A stretch of DNA of 64,000 bases from Mobula hypostoma. Lineage: Eukaryota. Positions 62,136-64,000 of this stretch are shown here, piece by piece. The notes below the pieces were generated by a model. That model worked only from the letters and a program-made list of their open reading frames with translations, made no database searches and was not told the DNA's origin. Location: positions 26,040,001 through 26,104,000 of the forward strand of contig NC_086106.1 in assembly GCF_963921235.1 (NCBI RefSeq), in the 5' to 3' direction. The position numbers were made by a program, and so were the translations under genes. Numbering within the stretch: position 1 is the stretch's first letter; every line of letters starts with the position of its first letter.

Positions 62136-63369
62136 TAGGACCAGTAACAACCTTCAAGAGGATTAAACACATGTGGGATTAATCTAATTACCCAGAGTCA
62201 TTGAAGCTGCACTCAACCAGGCAAGTGGTCATTGTCACATCACATAGATAGACAAGATGATGAACCCTGCGGCAATGGGCCGAAGGGGCTGCTTCTCTGC
62301 TGTGCAACTCTTTGTGATTCCCATGGTGTTCTGGTGACCTCCCTGTACTCCTCCAGGTGCAGAACCCTCGGCTTGCAAGGAACTCAGAACCCAAGGCCTC
62401 ATGGAAGAGCACTTCAAAGATTAAACAACCTCTGAGTGAAGATACGTTTCCTCTTCTTTTCCACCTAAACAATGCTGGAGGAGCTCAACAGGTCAGGCAG
62501 CATCTATGTGGGGAAACAAACACTCGATGTTTCAGACTGAGACCCTTCATCACGACTGGAAAGGAAAGGAACAAAGGGCAGAATAAGAAGGTGGGTGAGG
62601 TGGAATAGAAGCTGGCAGGTGATAGGTTACATCAGGTGAGGAGGAACGGGTGATGGGGGAAGGGGGCTGAGAAGTTGGGGGTGATTGATGGAAGAAGGAC
62701 TGAAGGAGAAGGAAATATAATACGATTGAACTGTGGACTACGGAATGAAAGGAAGGAGGTTGGAAACCAGCGGGAGGTGATGGGCAGATCAAAAGCACAG
62801 GGGAGGAAAGTGGTAAAAATAGTTGACAACGCAACAATGTTCAAGAGTTATAACAGAACTCGGTAAAAGCATTGTGCTACACCTAAAATGTTCCAATTAC
62901 ACTGGTCAACGATTATGTTTCTTGAATACTCTTGCAAGTATCATATGTATTTTTAGCTGCTGACAATGAAAATCATCAAATTTCCCAATAAGGCAATATC
63001 TTTCGAAAGCACCTATATTTTTATTTCAATTCACAATTCAATCAATTAAATTGTTGCACATCTTGTAAGCTGAAAAGTGTTCTACTGTGTCCAGACATGC
63101 CTGGACATGCTCGGGCAGGGCAGATGCTGTATGGTAGGACAGGTTTCAGAAAGACTATAAAGCATCACACATACACCGTTCTACGCTTTGCGTTTGCACG
63201 TATATCGGTTTGTGATCATGTTGATGGTCATGTTCTACAGGCATAGCATATTGTACATACTCATTATAATAAAGTGATTGTATTCTCAGGACTATTTGTG
63301 ATAGCAAAATATCTCACCAATGTTGCAACAGCCGTGATTCTTTCTGTTATATTTGTAGTGAATATACAC

Positions 63370-63657
63370 TTAAATCTCAAAGATGGAGTTTGAGTCCAAA
63401 AAGGTTTGATGTAATTCTTTAGTCAGGTTGCTAACCTGTGTTCCTGCATTGACATTCATGGGCTTTTGAATGCTTTGGGTTGCCAGCATGACCCACAGCA
63501 ATGGCATCTTTATATTGACTCTTCAGTGTTAAGCCGGAACGCTGCTCTGCTACACACAACAACAATGCCCACCCTTCAATATCAATGAGCTATACAGCAC
63601 ATGTGAAAGAAAACTCCCAAAATTTGGAAGTCTTGTTGAGACACATATAGTACAGCA
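63370..63657 (+). mobile_element. DNA-transposon transposase fragment, probably Chapaev3/CMC-like
   Basis: Decayed translation FFSQVANLCSCIDIHGLLNALG...QWHLYIDSSVLS..AALLH-NNAHPSISMSYTAHVKEN resembles the WRLFIDSS.SLK.VLLHNGN motif. Family assignment is from memory and needs a search. Confidence 0.55.
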
Positions 63658-63658
63658 A

Positions 63659-64000
63659 CTATGATTATGATTATGAGGACACGCAGTCCCCTTTTATTGT
63701 CATTTAGTAATGCATGCATTAAGAAATGATAAAAATGTTTTTCCAGAATGATATCACGGAAAACACATGACAAACCGACTTAAAAACTAACAAAAACCAC
63801 ATAATTATAACATATAGTTACAACAGTGCAAAGCAATACCATAATTTGATAAGAACAGACCATGGCACGGTAAAAATCCTAGAGTAACTCGAAAGTCCCA
63901 TCATCTCACGCAGACGGTGAACCTCCAGCCAACTTGCCGATGTAGTATCCCGGAAGCATCCGACCACAGTCCGATTCGGAGTCCGTTCAAAAACTCCGAG
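63659..64000 (-). mobile_element. 3' end of a LINE (probably Rex1/Babar-type) running off the window
   Basis: (ATGATT)n tail followed by CTTTTATTGTCATTTAGTAATGCATGC 3' UTR-like sequence. Confidence 0.55.

Larger units (their letters stand above)
49518..63362. repeat. Segmental duplication, copy 2, expanded by TE insertions
   Basis: Same order of blocks as 1-6671, interrupted at 49941, ~53381, 55972 and 61349. Confidence 0.95.

Noticed and set aside
63370-63657. Link between the Chapaev-like fragment and RAG origin at an antigen-receptor locus
   Set aside because: The fragment is short and decayed, lacks any RAG1-like zinc-finger region or RSS-like TIR, and its family assignment is itself uncertain.
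1-64000. D, J or C gene segments and 12-RSS
   Set aside because: None recognised by eye. A formal RSS scan could still find weak sites.

Overview
Vertebrate genomic DNA, most likely a cartilaginous fish and possibly a ray (inferred from the repeat families and V-gene architecture). The window is part of a T-cell receptor alpha/delta variable-gene array. Between about 10 and 41.7 kb there are three apparently functional TRAV/TRDV-like segments of one family (family A; minus strand; 46-nt leader exon, 85-nt intron, V exon, 23-bp-spacer RSS). There are also about ten pseudogenes or fragments of family A and of a second family (B), a ~3.8 kb block inverted relative to the rest of the array, and two orphan V promoters. 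I saw no D, J or C segments and no 12-RSS. Two intact tRNA-Leu(UAA) genes (38560, 49437) and the last bases of a third (position 1-2) belong to duplicated units, and at least the two full copies lie head-to-head with V pseudogenes. Bases 1-6.7 kb are a segmental duplicate of 49.5-63.4 kb. The rest is dense retroelement and DNA-transposon sequence: CR1 (one near full-length), Penelope-like, RTE, Rex1/Babar, a BEL/Pao fragment, a foldback mariner-type MITE and a probable Chapaev3-like fragment, plus microsatellites and two N gaps. The most striking observations are that unrearranged V1 and V3 read in frame through an unusually conserved RSS into a CDR3-length loop plus a J-like strand (GGSGQKLTL), that V genes and tRNA genes are co-duplicated, and that two family-B copies lost their intron independently. 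All counts were made by eye and should be verified computationally.
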